From NCBI GenBank assembly GCA_000004985.1, contig GG738880.1: 64,000 nucleotides of DNA; one strand, written 5' to 3'. Position numbers and translations under genes: made by a program. Origin of the DNA: Naegleria gruberi. Lineage: Eukaryota. Below are positions 33,180-44,374 of the stretch, piece after piece; the first letter of the stretch is position 1; every line of letters starts with the position of its first letter. The notes beneath the pieces are model-generated. The model did no database searches. It was not told the DNA's origin and saw only the letters and a list, made by a program, of their open reading frames with translations.

Positions 33180-34073
33180 ATGGTCTTTGTTAAAATCCAA
33201 AAAACCAAGGCTTACTTCAAGAGATATCAAGTCAAGTTCAGAAGACGTAGAGAAGGTAAGACTGACTACAGAGCCAGACAAAAGTTGATCACTCAAGACA
33301 AGACTAAGTACAATACTCCAAAGTACAGATTCGTTGTCAGAGTTACCAACAAGGACATTGTCTGTCAAATTGTTGCTCCAAAGTTGAAGGGTGATGAAGT
33401 CATCTGTGCTGCTTACTCTCACGAACTCACCAGATTCGGTATTCCAGTCGGTCACACCAACTATGCTTCCGCTTATGCCACTGGTCTTTTGCTCGCCAGA
33501 AGATTGTTGAAGAAGGTCGGTTTGGACACCAGATATGCTGGTATCACTGAAACTGATGGTAGCGTTTTCTTGGTTGAACAAGCTGAAGATGCTCCAAGAC
33601 CATTCAAGGCTTTCCTTGATGTTGGTTTGGTCAGAACTACCACTGGTAACAGAGTTTTCGGTGCTTTGAAGGGTGCTTGTGATGGTGGTTTGTATATTCC
33701 ACACTCCAACCAAAGATTCCCAGGTTTCAACAAGGAAGACGATTCATACAATGCTACTGCTCACCGTGAAAGAATCTATGGTGTCCACGTTGGCAAGTAC
33801 ATGAAGTCATTGAAGGAAGCCAACGAAGAAGAATTCAAGGCTAAGTTCTCTCAATTCATCAAGAATGGTGTTACTGCTGAAAACATTGAAAAGAAGTACA
33901 AGGAAGCTCATGCTGCTATTAGAAAGAACCCAGACGCTGTCAAGACTGAAAAGACTGCTCCAAAGACTCAAAAGAGATTCTCCAAGGAAAAGTTGGACCT
34001 CAAGTCAAGAAAGCAAAGAATCGAATCCAAGAAGGCTAAGCTCATTGAAAAGCTCAATGCTATCCAACAATAA
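33180..34073 (+). CDS. RPL5: 60S ribosomal protein L5 (uL18)
   Basis: Single 297-codon exon; [45 protein letters not shown]...[12 protein letters not shown]...[15 protein letters not shown]...[37 protein letters not shown] is the canonical eukaryotic L5. Codon usage is noticeably GC3-rich compared with its neighbours. Confidence 0.95.
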   Translation: MVFVKIQKTKAYFKRYQVKFRRRREGKTDYRARQKLITQDKTKYNTPKYRFVVRVTNKDIVCQIVAPKLKGDEVICAAYSHELTRFGIPVGHTNYASAYATGLLLARRLLKKVGLDTRYAGITETDGSVFLVEQAEDAPRPFKAFLDVGLVRTTTGNRVFGALKGACDGGLYIPHSNQRFPGFNKEDDSYNATAHRERIYGVHVGKYMKSLKEANEEEFKAKFSQFIKNGVTAENIEKKYKEAHAAIRKNPDAVKTEKTAPKTQKRFSKEKLDLKSRKQRIESKKAKLIEKLNAIQQ

Positions 34074-34279
34074 ATTCTCTAACCTCGCAATTTTCAAAAA
34101 CAAACTGTACATAAAACAAACATAAAAATTATAAATTATTAAAAAATTAAGTTCTCTTCTACCTATCACATCACTTGAAAAACTGATAGTGGACTATTCG
34201 AACTGAAGGATGAGAACGTGATTTTCGTCATCTAATCAACTTTCGACATCGAGTTTCGAACTCATAAAGAAAAAAAACA

Positions 34280-35576
34280 ATGCTTCAACGTGACTTTGGT
34301 CATTCAAGTTTCGGAATCAGATCCTTATGCTGCAAATCAAAATTTAGAACCTTTATCTTTATTTTGTGGCTCTTCTTCTTTGTATTCTGTGGATATTATC
34401 TTTATTTAATCTCATCTATTCAGAATGTTAAGGAGGATGTGGAAGATACATTCAATGATGACATTAAATTGGATAATCATCAAACTCTCTCTGTCATTCC
34501 TATTCTAATTTTTACTTACAAGAGACCCGATTACCTAAAGAAAACTATTGATACACTGCTGGAGTAAGTTTACATTAAATCAATGAGAAAGTATTAAAGG
34601 AAATTAATGAAGATACATACCTGAATCTGGATTTGATTTACTCGTCTCTCAAGATGGATATGAGGAACAAGTGACAAAAGCTATCAAAAGATATGGAGGA
34701 AAAATTAAACATCATTTTCAAAGAGAGAGAAATGTAATCATGACTGATAAGAATCCAAACTTTTTATCATATTATGCTATTGCACAACACTACAAATTTG
34801 GAATTGATAGTGTCTTCAAAGCTGATGAAAAATATGATAGAATCATTATTTTGGAGGAGGATTTACAAGTTTCAAATGACTTTTTTGATTACTTTGGCAA
34901 ATTGTCACCTTTATTGGATAGGGATAGTTCTCTATTTTGCATTTCTGCTTGGAACGATAATGGAATGAGTGATTTCGTACAGGATTCTCCCAAAGTATAT
35001 AGATCTGACTTCTTCCCAGGACTTGGTTGGATGATGACACGAAAATTGTGGGAGGAAGATTTTGGTCCAAAGTGGCCATTAGGATTTTGGGATGATTGGA
35101 TCAGAGAAGGTCAAAATAGAAGGGGAAGAGCTTGTATAAGGCCTGAAATCTCTAGAACATTCACATTTGGATCTGTGGGAGGAGCAAGTTCCAATCAGTT
35201 TTCAAACTTCCTCAGTAGAATTAAATTGAATAGTGAAAAGGTTGACTGGGAACATTTTGATATTAATTCACTCAGAAAATCCAATTATGACAGGAATTTA
35301 ATTCAAGAAGTCAACTCGGCTACTCTTGTTAATAGTGTTGCAGAATTACTCAATAAGGAGAGAAGGAATGAGAATATTCGATTGATATATTCTAACAGTG
35401 AGGAGTATTTGGACATTGCCAGACAATTAGGAATTATGGATGATATCAAATCAGGAGTACCAAGAGGAGCCTATTTAGGAATTGTAACAGTAAAGTGGAG
35501 ATCCAATACTTTACACATTACAACCAAATCACTCAAACCAGTAACATATAGAAACTCTTCACCTTACAAATTGTGA
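34280..35576 (+). CDS. MGAT1: alpha-1,3-mannosyl-glycoprotein 2-beta-N-acetylglucosaminyltransferase (GnT-I, GT13), type II membrane protein
   Basis: Exons 34280..34563 and 34613..35576 (49-nt intron GTAAGT..AAG). N-terminal TM anchor, IPILIFTYKRPDYLKKTIDTLLEYIPESGFDLLVSQDGYEEQVTKAIKRYG, YYAIAQHYKFGIDSVF, IIILEEDLQVSNDFFDYF, FCISAWNDNG, DFFPGLGWMM, FWDDWIR....RGRACIRPEISRT and MDDIKSGVPRG align with human MGAT1 throughout. Confidence 0.9.
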
Positions 35577-35962
35577 CAATTATTTGGAGCATTTTAAAAT
35601 AACTCCCATTGGTCTTGGATATATTCCTACTCATCCCTTAATACAGTAACACCCACAGTTAGAAGCAGTAATTTCTACCATGAAACAGAATTTAATAACA
35701 ATCCCAATAATGAGATTCAAAAAAGTTACTACTCTATAATCTCCTGTACATTCGCTTCTCACGATCAGTACTGGTAAAACCTCAAAAAATGGGACGTTAC
35801 TGAAAAATTATTTTAAAAAAAAGAACACGATTGAGGTGTGCAACACTAGAGCGCAAAATTTACGACTATTTTTTTTCTAAGGATTTTTCTTCATCAAAAT
35901 CCAAACAAGTTTAATAAGAACAACAACAACAATAATATTGGAGGATTTAATTGTACATAGGG

Positions 35963-36971
35963 ATGATCGTATTACCATCACAAGCCGAAGGAAGGGAAAT
36001 GAAGATGAGTTTCAGACCATCAGCAAAGAATGATTCATCGGCCTTTGTTGCTGCTCTTCATAAGGAACCTTCTGCTGATAAAGTAAAAAAGGAATCAAAG
36101 AAGAATATAGACTCGATAAGACATGTTATACGCGAAGAGGATAAAAAGATTGATATATCATTGACTTCAGTTGATGGCCCTTTATTTGTAAGTGTTGGTT
36201 AAATACCAAAAAGGCGATAAGGAATTAATTCTCTTACTATTATTTAGAATCATGCTGTTAAGAGACATTTCATCAAACCACCAGTAACTCAATCATTGGA
36301 TCGATCAGCAGGAAAGAAGAGAGTGGAAATTACAAAGGAGGAACGTTATGAAAGAGCTGGTGTTTCCACACTGAAGGAAGAAGCACAATTCCATAAAAAG
36401 ATCTTTAAAGAACAACCAGAACGTAGGGATAAACCACAAGGAAAGGCAGTTGTGAGAGCCACACCAGATCCTCAAGTTGCTGGTAAAATATCCTGCCCTT
36501 CTGAAAAGGAATCAAGAAGAAAATTATTTGCCGATAAGAACACTGTTGCAAAGAAGGAATATGACTTTAAGGACAGTAGAAAGAGGATTTCAAGTCCAAA
36601 ATATAAAAGCATTACAGCTCCATTCCCAGTCAGAGGTGGAGGAATGATGCCAGAGGATGCAAAGATTGGTATTAAGGTGCATTCTTCAACCAAACCAAAA
36701 GATCACGGAGATGTTATTTCATATACATTTGGTAAGTGATTTGATTTTTCAATATTAACATTTATTGATAAAAGCATCCATGAAGGATAAGGAACAAAAG
36801 CCAACGGCTCCTAATAAGGAAAGATTAGCTTACGAAAAGTTGATAACAGAATGCGGAAAACAACAAGCTCAAGAGAATAGTGCAGTCTACAATTATTTAA
36901 AATCAAGGAGATCAGCTAGCTCACTAGCTTTAACAGAGCATTTATATGATCACAAAGGTCCAGTTGTGTAG
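35963..36971 (+). CDS. hypothetical K/E/R-rich protein, three-exon model
   Basis: Proposed exons 35963..36187, 36248..36731 and 36775..36971 join three track ORFs through GTAAGT..TAG (60 nt) and GTAAGT..AAG (43 nt) introns with consistent phases; the protein is charged and disordered; no domain recognised. Confidence 0.35.
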
Positions 36972-37040
36972 AATAATACTAGGAATTTCTTCAAAATGTA
37001 AAATAAAATTATTGAATGTTGCTAATTGAATACTGATTAT

Positions 37041-38085
37041 TTAATAAGTATCAATATATTTAGCTCTAGCATCAGCTCTAGCTAACCATCCCTTCAAGAA
37101 CTTGTTATTGGCAGTACCTGGTCTTCCCCAATACAAATAATCCTTTCTGTGTCTTTCGTTCAAAAGTCTAGCGAATGCCTTAGCATCTTGATTCTTGTAT
37201 CCACCGAGTTCATTGAGGTATTGTCTTGATCTACCAGTACCAGAGTTGACAGCAATATCAGCACAGACATAGAAAGCAGGTTGTGGCAAGTTAGCACATC
37301 CTCCTGGAGTGAAATAATTAGTAGTGTACAATTTGGCAGCACATGTCTTATAAACAGCAATATTCTTATTGTAAGCATAGTAACAGAAATCAGCTGGATG
37401 ACCAGTGTAACCACTAGCCAATGGAGCAAAGATTCCATTTCTATTATTCCAACATTCACTATTGTATTTAAGAAATAATATTAATTGTCAGATGTCAACA
37501 GTTCAGTAAACTAATAAATTTCAATTGAAACACTTACGCTGGAATAACACCCATACAAGTGTAACCAATCTTTCCTTGGAATGAATTTCCAGAATCACTA
37601 GCCCAATTTTGACACTTTCCTTCACTCTTGAAAATTTCAGCCAAAGCTTCAGCAGCCTTATCACCAGTCTTACTATCACGTCCACCGGCAGTTGATGATG
37701 AACCAGTATTAGTATTACTATTAGAACATGCCATCTTTAAAAATTGAGCAGAAACCCATTGATTGTCACCAATACGAGCCCATTTAGTTCCATCCTTATC
37801 AGTAGTTTCATAGACAGTGACAGGAACATTATTTCCCAAAGTCTTGACGAGGTTTCCACCAGGACTTGTTCTAACGTTCAATGCGGAGGCAACATTGGTA
37901 CAACGAGATTCTGGAGCGAAGGCTTGTTGATCAGCCAATGATTGGACATTCTTTTCGAGTAATTGTTGTTTAATTTCTTGGATCAAAGCTTTGGCTAATT
38001 TCTTCTCTAATGAGAGAGCACTTGTCAAACCAAGAATGACACACAAGAAGGTGGTGATGAGGAGAATCACGGAGAGCTTTTGCAT
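37041..38085 (-). CDS. secreted bacterial-type cell-wall hydrolase: signal peptide, SH3b domain, GH108-family (zliS-like) N-acetylmuramidase with PG_binding_3-type region
   Basis: Exons 37538..38085 and 37041..37458, joined by a 79-nt GTAAGT..TAG intron. Signal peptide MQKLSVILLITTFLCVILGLTSA; SH3b-like ALNVRTSPGGNLVKTLGNNVPVTVYETTDKDGTKWARIGDNQWVSAQFL; G/S/T linker; GH108 signature SEGKCQNWASDSGNSFQGKIGYTCMGV (compare hEGGyvddpkDpGGaTnmGVt); and LPQPAFYVCADIAVNSGTGRSRQYL (compare LP.GLDLLVFDAAVNHG.RRA..LLQ). Confidence 0.75.
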
Positions 38086-38256
38086 TTTTTTTTGTGATGA
38101 GAAAATTGATACTATTTTTAAGAATTTTGGTTATCATAATGATTATCAAAACTATTGGAAAGATCAGTAAATTGAGATTTGAGAAATACAACAAATTTTA
38201 GTGTTTGTAAATTAGACTCTAAAAATATATTAAGAAAATTTTCAAAGTGAATGTAA

Positions 38257-38330
38257 GCCTTCCTAGCTCAGTTGGCAGTAGCGCTGTCCTAGTAAGACAG
38301 AGGTCTTGGGTTCGATTCCCAAGGGAGGCA
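38257..38330 (+). tRNA. tRNA-Thr (anticodon AGU)
   Basis: GCCTTCCTAGCTCAGTTGGCAGTAGCGCTGTCCTAGTAAGACAGAGGTCTTGGGTTCGATTCCCAAGGGAGGCA folds as a cloverleaf: 7-bp acceptor stem (one G-U), D-arm GCTC/GAGC-type, anticodon stem CTGTC/GACAG with loop CTAGTAA (anticodon AGT), T-arm TTGGG/CCCAA with TTCGATT loop; 74 nt, no intron. Confidence 0.85.
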
Positions 38331-38383
38331 TAGTTTTTGCATTTTCTATATTTTTACAAATGGGTTTATTCATATTTTACAAT

Positions 38384-39218
38384 TTAGAAAGAAGTCCAAC
38401 CTCCATCCACAGTCATAACACTTCCATTCACAAAACTGGCATCATCAGACACCAAAAACAATGCAACCTTTGCCAATTCTTCTGGTTGACCAAGTCTAGG
38501 AATCAACTTAGTTCCCAAATACATTTTTCCAGCTCCCAATGGATGAGGTGACTTGATTTCAATTCCAGTAGCAACACTTCCAGGTGCAATAACATTACAT
38601 CTGATCTTATCACTGTAATGGAATGCAACATTCTTACTCATTCCAACTAATGCATGCTTACTTGCAGTGTAGGCAATTCCAGCTCTACCACCATGTAATC
38701 CACCAACTGAGGCAATGTTTACAATGGATCCATTACCTTTTTCAAGGAAAATTGGAATTGCTTTTCTCATGGTTCTCATTGGAGCTGTTGTGTTAACAGA
38801 CATGACTTTCTCCCACAATTCATCTGAAATATCGTGACATGGAACAAAGTTGTCCATGATACCTGCATTATTGACCAAGATATCTAGTGTTCCAAACTTG
38901 TTGATTGTTTCTTCGAAGAGTTTGTCCACTTCTTCTTGTTTGGATACATCACATTTGTGTCCAAAAGCTACACCTCCTAATTTTTCAATTTCTTCAACAG
39001 TTTCTTGAATTCTTTGTTCAACAACATCAGTAACCACAACCTTGCATCCTTCTTCAGCATATGTAAGGGCGATAGCCTTTCCCATTCCTTTAATAAAACC
39101 ATAAATTAACACATGGACACAGTTCCATTAAAACAGTAAAATAAAAAACAAACTTACCAGAGCCAGATCCAGTAACAATGGCAACTCTTCCTTGCAATTT
39201 CTTTGTTTCAGTACTCAT
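38384..39218 (-). CDS. short-chain dehydrogenase/reductase (FabG-like classical SDR)
   Basis: Exons 39158..39218 (MSTETKKLQGRVAIVTGSGSG) and 38384..39087, joined by a 70-nt GTAAGT..AAG intron that splits the TGxxxGxG cofactor motif. LVNNAGI, catalytic S...YTASKHAL (YxxxK) and PG..ATG motifs are all present. Confidence 0.85.
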
Positions 39219-39344
39219 TATTAAACAGTTATTGGTTGGTGTATATTTCTTGTTGTTTTTTTATTGATTGTCATTAAATTGAAAAGCATTTCAATTTAAT
39301 GCTGATTCCTTACACCGATAACAGCGATACAAAGAAGAGGACTT

Positions 39345-39496
39345 GAACTTCTCAAACAATTTGTCCATCAACCTTCACAGGCCATGGTTAGAACCAATGA
39401 ATACTTTTTGATGTTGTTCATAACCTCGAGGAGAGTATGGTTTGATGTTGTTGGTGATTTCATTCGAAGGTTGATGGACAAATTGTTTGAGAAGTT
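39345..39496. repeat. 31-bp perfect inverted repeat (stem) flanking a 90-nt spacer
   Basis: AACTTCTCAAACAATTTGTCCATCAACCTTC at 39345..39375 is exactly reverse-complementary to 39466..39496; it lies at the 3' end and UTR of the AIF-like gene. Confidence 0.8.
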
Positions 39497-40922
39497 GGCA
39501 AACTGAATTAGTTGACTGAATTATCAAATTCTAATAACTTTACATACCTTTTTGGGATTGAAGTATTGAGCAATAAACCAATTTGGTTTCTTTTACATTA
39601 GTTACATCGCCAATGGCAAACATATTTTTGAATGGTTGGTCGTTTTCATCTAAAACTTGTAAATGATTATTAACTTGGATGAAACCGTTCGAATCCAAAC
39701 TATTTGGAAATTCGTCTCTTAACATTTCAGATTGTGGTTTCAATCCAGTGCACAGAAAACAAACATCACATTCAATATCAATGAATGTATTCAATTGACT
39801 ATTCTGAATTCTAAAAGTTGTTGAATTTGATTGAGAAACAATCTCACTCCATAGGTGAATCTTTACATTTCTCATTGTTTCGAATACTTCACTAACTTTC
39901 TTACTTGCTTCTTCACTAGAAGGTTTCATAATTCTGTCAGATCTTTGAATAATATGAATAGTCTTTTCAGGATACTTTTCAGCAATAGAGCCTGCAATTT
40001 CACAGCCAACAAAACCTCCACCCACAATACAAATATCTTTCAGAGATGAGTTTCTGATAAATTCATGAGAATCGAGAATGCTTTGGGAATTGTAACAATT
40101 TACAAACTTGATTTGATTGTCAGAGCGGAGAGTTGGTAAATTGAAACGACATGTACATCCAGTACCAATCAATACGAAATCATATTCTATAGTTTCAGTG
40201 ATTTCCTCAGTTGACTTGGAATGAATTCGATAATGAATGAGGGATTTGTCAATTTTTGAAACCTTTCCAGCAATACAATTTGCTCTTGGAAGAGTGTTTG
40301 CATGATTAACAGATAAATGTTCAGCCACTGCCTTATCTTTGACCATAAAAGGAAAACCAGGAGCAAAATCCAAAGCTCCGTTGAGATCAATAATTGTGAC
40401 ATCAAATAAATCTCTGATGGTTTTATCCTTACATGCAGTGTAGCCACCGAAACCACCTCCAACAATAACTAATCTAGGTTTCATTGAAAGTTTAAATAGG
40501 TTTCTGTCAATTTTGGAAGAATCGTTTGGTTTGAAAAGGTTTAGAACAATTGAAACTAAACCTTGCAATGGATGAAATAGTCCTAAATTGGATGTTTCAG
40601 CAATGGGTTCTATCCAATTCATAATGCACATAATCTTCACTACAAGATAGAATTGACTTTCAGAAATGTCAAAAGTCTTTTCCATTAAATCCATCAAATC
40701 ACCCAAATAAAAGCAGTAATGTTGTAGTTGACCAAACCATTCAATTCTTCTTGAGTGCATTTTCAAACCACTTTCAAACCTTCTCATTCTGTAAATTGAG
40801 AATTCCTTCAAAACCTTGACAAACTCTCCATTCATTATTTCTTCAATTTGTTCTCTTGTCAAATTGGTTTCTGACTTTAAATATTCGAAACCCTTCTTGA
40901 TTACTTCTTGTTGTGTTTGCAT
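39375..40922 (-). CDS. AIF/AMID(FSP1)-like FAD-dependent pyridine nucleotide-disulfide oxidoreductase with an N-terminal extension
   Basis: Main exon 39548..40922 (track ORF 39540..40922): about 140-aa N-terminal region of unknown function, then RLVIVGGGFGGYTACK, ICIVGGGFVGCEIAGS and FAIGDVTNV (Pyr_redox_2). A possible 3' exon 39375..39502 follows a 45-nt GTATGT..CAG intron (adds VCQLLKQFVHQPSNEITNNIKPYSPRGYEQ...). That exon overlaps the 31-bp inverted repeat, so the 3' end is uncertain. Confidence 0.7.
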
Positions 40923-41478
40923 TTTTTTGTTTCTTTGTTTAATTGATCAATGGCTTTTGCTGACTTTAAAGAAACTGAAAGGTTGACTAAACTCCATGAA
41001 CCCCAAATCCATTCGAAACGGAGAAATAATTGAAATGAACGCTTCTCAGAAAAATTACTTTTATTGAAAGTTTGTTTGCCAATGAAGTTGACTGACGAAT
41101 AAAAGAGGAAATAATGTTGGATTGCAATGGAGTCCATTACGTATTTAACTTTATTCCAAACACCATTTTACCATTTCCATTGAAATGCTGCGACTCCTTT
41201 TTTAGTGTATTGACATTCTCAAGTGAGGCCAAGTGTTGGATTGATGTTGGTGAATGAACAGTAGGGCCGAATGATATAGAGAGGCATGTGAACTCAATAG
41301 AAGAGTTTGTAGTCTTAAGTTGTGTAAATTCAGTTGTGAATTTGGGAGGATTTGTTCAAAATCTCAAAATTCATTCTTTGAGAATTCTATGCTTTATTGA
41401 ATGATTTTTAAGAAATGGAATATTGAATTTCTCTGAAGATTGTAAAATCTTTATTGTACAATAAATATGAAATGTTGC

Positions 41479-42342
41479 TTAGTGTGAAATGTTGCATTCC
41501 TTGATAATTTGCTCAGCTTCCTTTAGTGCTTGCTGTTCTGGAATGTGGTAGAGATTTTGAAGAGCTGAGGAAATTTCTTTTTGAGCTTGTTTTGAATTGA
41601 CCTTTTCACATAATTTCACAATTTCAACAAGAGGAGATGATTTTCTTGGAGATGTTGGTGATGTACTAATAGTACTTGCTTCATTCTTAACACCTTCTTG
41701 CAAGGAGTGTGTTAAAACCTTCTCAAAGAAAGTGGTCTTGGAATTTGTTGAAACTCTTTCCTTTTCCTTCAATATTTCCTCAGAATCTTGTGCAGTTTGT
41801 TGAAGTGGTGTAAGCTTTGGGAAAGCCATTTCGTATTTTCCAACAAAAATGTTTCCAAATGTTTCACTAATTTCCTTTTCATGTTTTTCAATCCAACCAA
41901 TGGAAGAACTATTTGTTAATTTGTAATGTTTGTTATTTACAATAAGAACAAGTGGTATTTGTCGTGAAAATACATGTTCATAGATGAGTTGAATAGTTGC
42001 CACATCATTCTTTGTAACTTTCTTATCGGAAATAACACAAATTAACATGTGAATTCCAAAATCTAATTTTTGAATGGTTTGTTTTAATTGTTTGTAGGCA
42101 TTGAAGGTGGTAACAACTTGGTCAGTGATGGATTCACTCTCAGCTGCAAACCAGCCCAAAATATCGAATAATTCATATTCTATTCCATTGTATGAACAGT
42201 TGACACTAGAAATATTGGCATGAGCAGAAGTATCTCCAATTGTAAGAGAAGAATTGGTTATTTGGTTGATAATTGTTGACTTTCCAACACCTGTAGGACC
42301 AATAATGAGAAGTTTCTTTGTTTGAGTGGTGGCAGATGGCAT
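41479..42342 (-). CDS. P-loop GTPase (AIG1/GIMAP- or MMR_HSR1-like G domain) with a C-terminal S/T-rich tail
   Basis: 287-aa ORF with ATG; LLIIGPTGVGKSTIIN (G1), a DILG-type G3, and LVLIVNNKHYK as a loose NKxD-like G4; the family assignment is tentative. Confidence 0.55.
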   Translation of the reverse strand: MPSATTQTKKLLIIGPTGVGKSTIINQITNSSLTIGDTSAHANISSVNCSYNGIEYELFDILGWFAAESESITDQVVTTFNAYKQLKQTIQKLDFGIHMLICVISDKKVTKNDVATIQLIYEHVFSRQIPLVLIVNNKHYKLTNSSSIGWIEKHEKEISETFGNIFVGKYEMAFPKLTPLQQTAQDSEEILKEKERVSTNSKTTFFEKVLTHSLQEGVKNEASTISTSPTSPRKSSPLVEIVKLCEKVNSKQAQKEISSALQNLYHIPEQQALKEAEQIIKECNISH

Positions 42343-42514
42343 TGTTTTTTTTGATGTGTTTTTGAAAAGATAACAAAAAGTGCGAACAATTTAAAAAGGA
42401 TCTTTTTGAGTTGGGAACTTTTTTGGAAGTTATCACAATGTCTAAATTTTTACTAAAAGAGCTTAAGTGAATAAAGCAATCGAAAAATAAAAATGGTGTT
42501 TATTTACAAGGTTT

Positions 42515-43590
42515 TTATTTGAAGAAAATGTTGTATCTCATTGAGAATGATGGACTTGCTATTGGTGAGAGCCCTTCTTCTTTATCTGAAGGTAGAATGA
42601 GAGATGTCTCAGGGTCAAATCTTGGTAGGATGAAACTATCCACTAGTCCTTTAATCTCAGACTCATTAAGGAATGACTCTTCTTTGTTGACTTTTCTTAT
42701 TGGTGTAACATGTGGCGTCTCAGTGATGTTGTTTCTCTCCATCAAGTCAAGAATAATATTATTAGCTGAGGTTAAATCACTGAGAGATTCATTCATTTCC
42801 TCATCAAGATCCTTCATTGTTGTCTCACCATAGAGTTGAATGTTAGAATCTACAATTTCTCTGCTGATTTGAGCAATCTCATCCTCAACAAAATGTTGAT
42901 ATTGAGACTTTACACTTCTCCTTAAAACTTAGGACAGATTATATTTACGTTAACTTACTTTGTCTCGCTATCGCTGATGGCATTCTTCAATTCTGTTTTC
43001 AATTGATCCTTAAAGGTGTCTTTCTTCTTATCCTTCTTTGTAAGGATTGGAGAAGGTAAGAGATCGACATTTTCCTTTTCCTCGTTCGTTTTCAAATTGT
43101 TGCTGGTTGATTGAACAATAATTGGAGGATCAACTGTTGAAACTCTTGATGATTTTCCTCTTTGGAATATCTTGGATTTTTCCTCAATAAACTTGTAAAG
43201 TGGAATGATGGTAATGATGATCATAATGTTTACACTTACATTTGTAATGTCCTTGAGTGACTTTCTCTTGGGTTTCTTCCTGACTGGAGTACTAATATCC
43301 TCCATGATTTCTTCCTTTGGTTTGTTGTCTTTCTTCTTCTTTACCTTCTTGATTTGAGGTTCTTCATCATCAAAGGCTTTTTTCCTTTTGTTAGATTTCA
43401 AAGATGACGAGGGAGGAGGTTGAATAGTTTCACTTGCTGATGGTAAACTAGGTGGTTGAGTTACTAATAGAGATTGAAAGGAAACATCATTAGATTGACT
43501 ACTTGATGATTGAGTATTAATAGCACTTTGTGATGATTGACCCTTAATCTTGCTTTTAAATTGCTCAATTTTTGATTTTGGACCTTTCAT
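42515..43590 (-). CDS. hypothetical K-rich protein with one internal TM helix
   Basis: Exons 42959..43590 and 42515..42920, joined by a putative 38-nt GTAAGT..AAG intron (phase 2); basic and S-rich N-terminus, helix VSVNIMIIITIIPLYKFI; no domain recognised. Confidence 0.4.
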
Positions 43591-43642
43591 GGTGGTGTTG
43601 AGTGTTTTTTTTAGGTTGACTTATTAAAATTTGGAGGGAAAT

Positions 43643-44374
43643 TTATTTCTTCTTTGGAGGAGGAACAAGTGGATTGTATCTTTGCTTTACAGGTTTGATT
43701 GCTTTAACAGCATTAATCAATTCTTCAAAATTAAATCTATGAGGTTCCTTATTAAAAACTTCAACAAATGTATGATATAAATTGTCATCCAAATAGAATT
43801 TGTACATAAATCTAGCAAGATCCCTTCCTTCAGCCTTGTTAATATGTGTATCATTGGTTTCTCCTCTCATTAAAACAATTCCTTTGTTTTGAGCAAATTC
43901 CGTATAATGTGATAAAGACATTTGAGGTGAAGCCCATTCTCCTTTTTGTTTAAAATCTCTCATTGCAGTGAATAATACATGTTCCGTTTGGAATTGTAAG
44001 ACAACTGTTTGAAAACCAATATTCTTGAAAACTGGTAAGACAAACATTGGACATTCCTTTGACCTGTGTTTTAAAACTTGATATTGAGAATATGGGACAA
44101 CTTCAGCTAGAATATGTGGATTCATTTCGTGATGTTCTCTCCATATTCTTGTAATTGCTTCCGGACTTTCTCTCTCCACAAGTGGAACTTTAAGAATTTG
44201 ATCCAAAGACTTTGGTCCTGGTGTAACAAATCTAACATTCTCTCTTGTTTGATTAAAAACTCCACATATTGATGATGTAAATTTTGTTTTAAGTAATTTT
44301 GATGATGATGTTTTTGATTGAGTGAGACCAGCCACCGATGGTTTTACTAGTGATTTTGTGATGTTCTTCAACAT
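43643..44374 (-). CDS. ATP11: ATP synthase mitochondrial F1 complex assembly factor 1 (ATP11/ATPAF1 family)
   Basis: CPMFVLPVFKNIGFQTVVLQFQTEHVLFTAM and KGIVLMRGETNDTHINKAEG align with human ATPAF1 ([51 protein letters not shown]); N-terminal presequence-like region. Confidence 0.8.
   Translation of the reverse strand: MLKNITKSLVKPSVAGLTQSKTSSSKLLKTKFTSSICGVFNQTRENVRFVTPGPKSLDQILKVPLVERESPEAITRIWREHHEMNPHILAEVVPYSQYQVLKHRSKECPMFVLPVFKNIGFQTVVLQFQTEHVLFTAMRDFKQKGEWASPQMSLSHYTEFAQNKGIVLMRGETNDTHINKAEGRDLARFMYKFYLDDNLYHTFVEVFNKEPHRFNFEELINAVKAIKPVKQRYNPLVPPPKKK

Noticed and set aside
32991-33713. 240-aa minus-strand ORF overlapping RPL5
   Set aside because: It lies antisense to the highly conserved RPL5 CDS and its GC3-rich codons; the low-complexity translation has no homology. 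It is a mirror ORF.
36296-36971. Endosulfine/ARPP-19 or phosphatase inhibitor-2 identity for the K/E-rich protein
   Set aside because: The diagnostic motifs (FDSGDY for ENSA; KGILK and HYNE for I-2) are absent.
41479-42342. Septin or Ras-family assignment for the GTPase
   Set aside because: It has a P-loop but lacks septin G4/SUE and Ras switch motifs. I kept it as generic AIG1/MMR_HSR1-like with tentative confidence.
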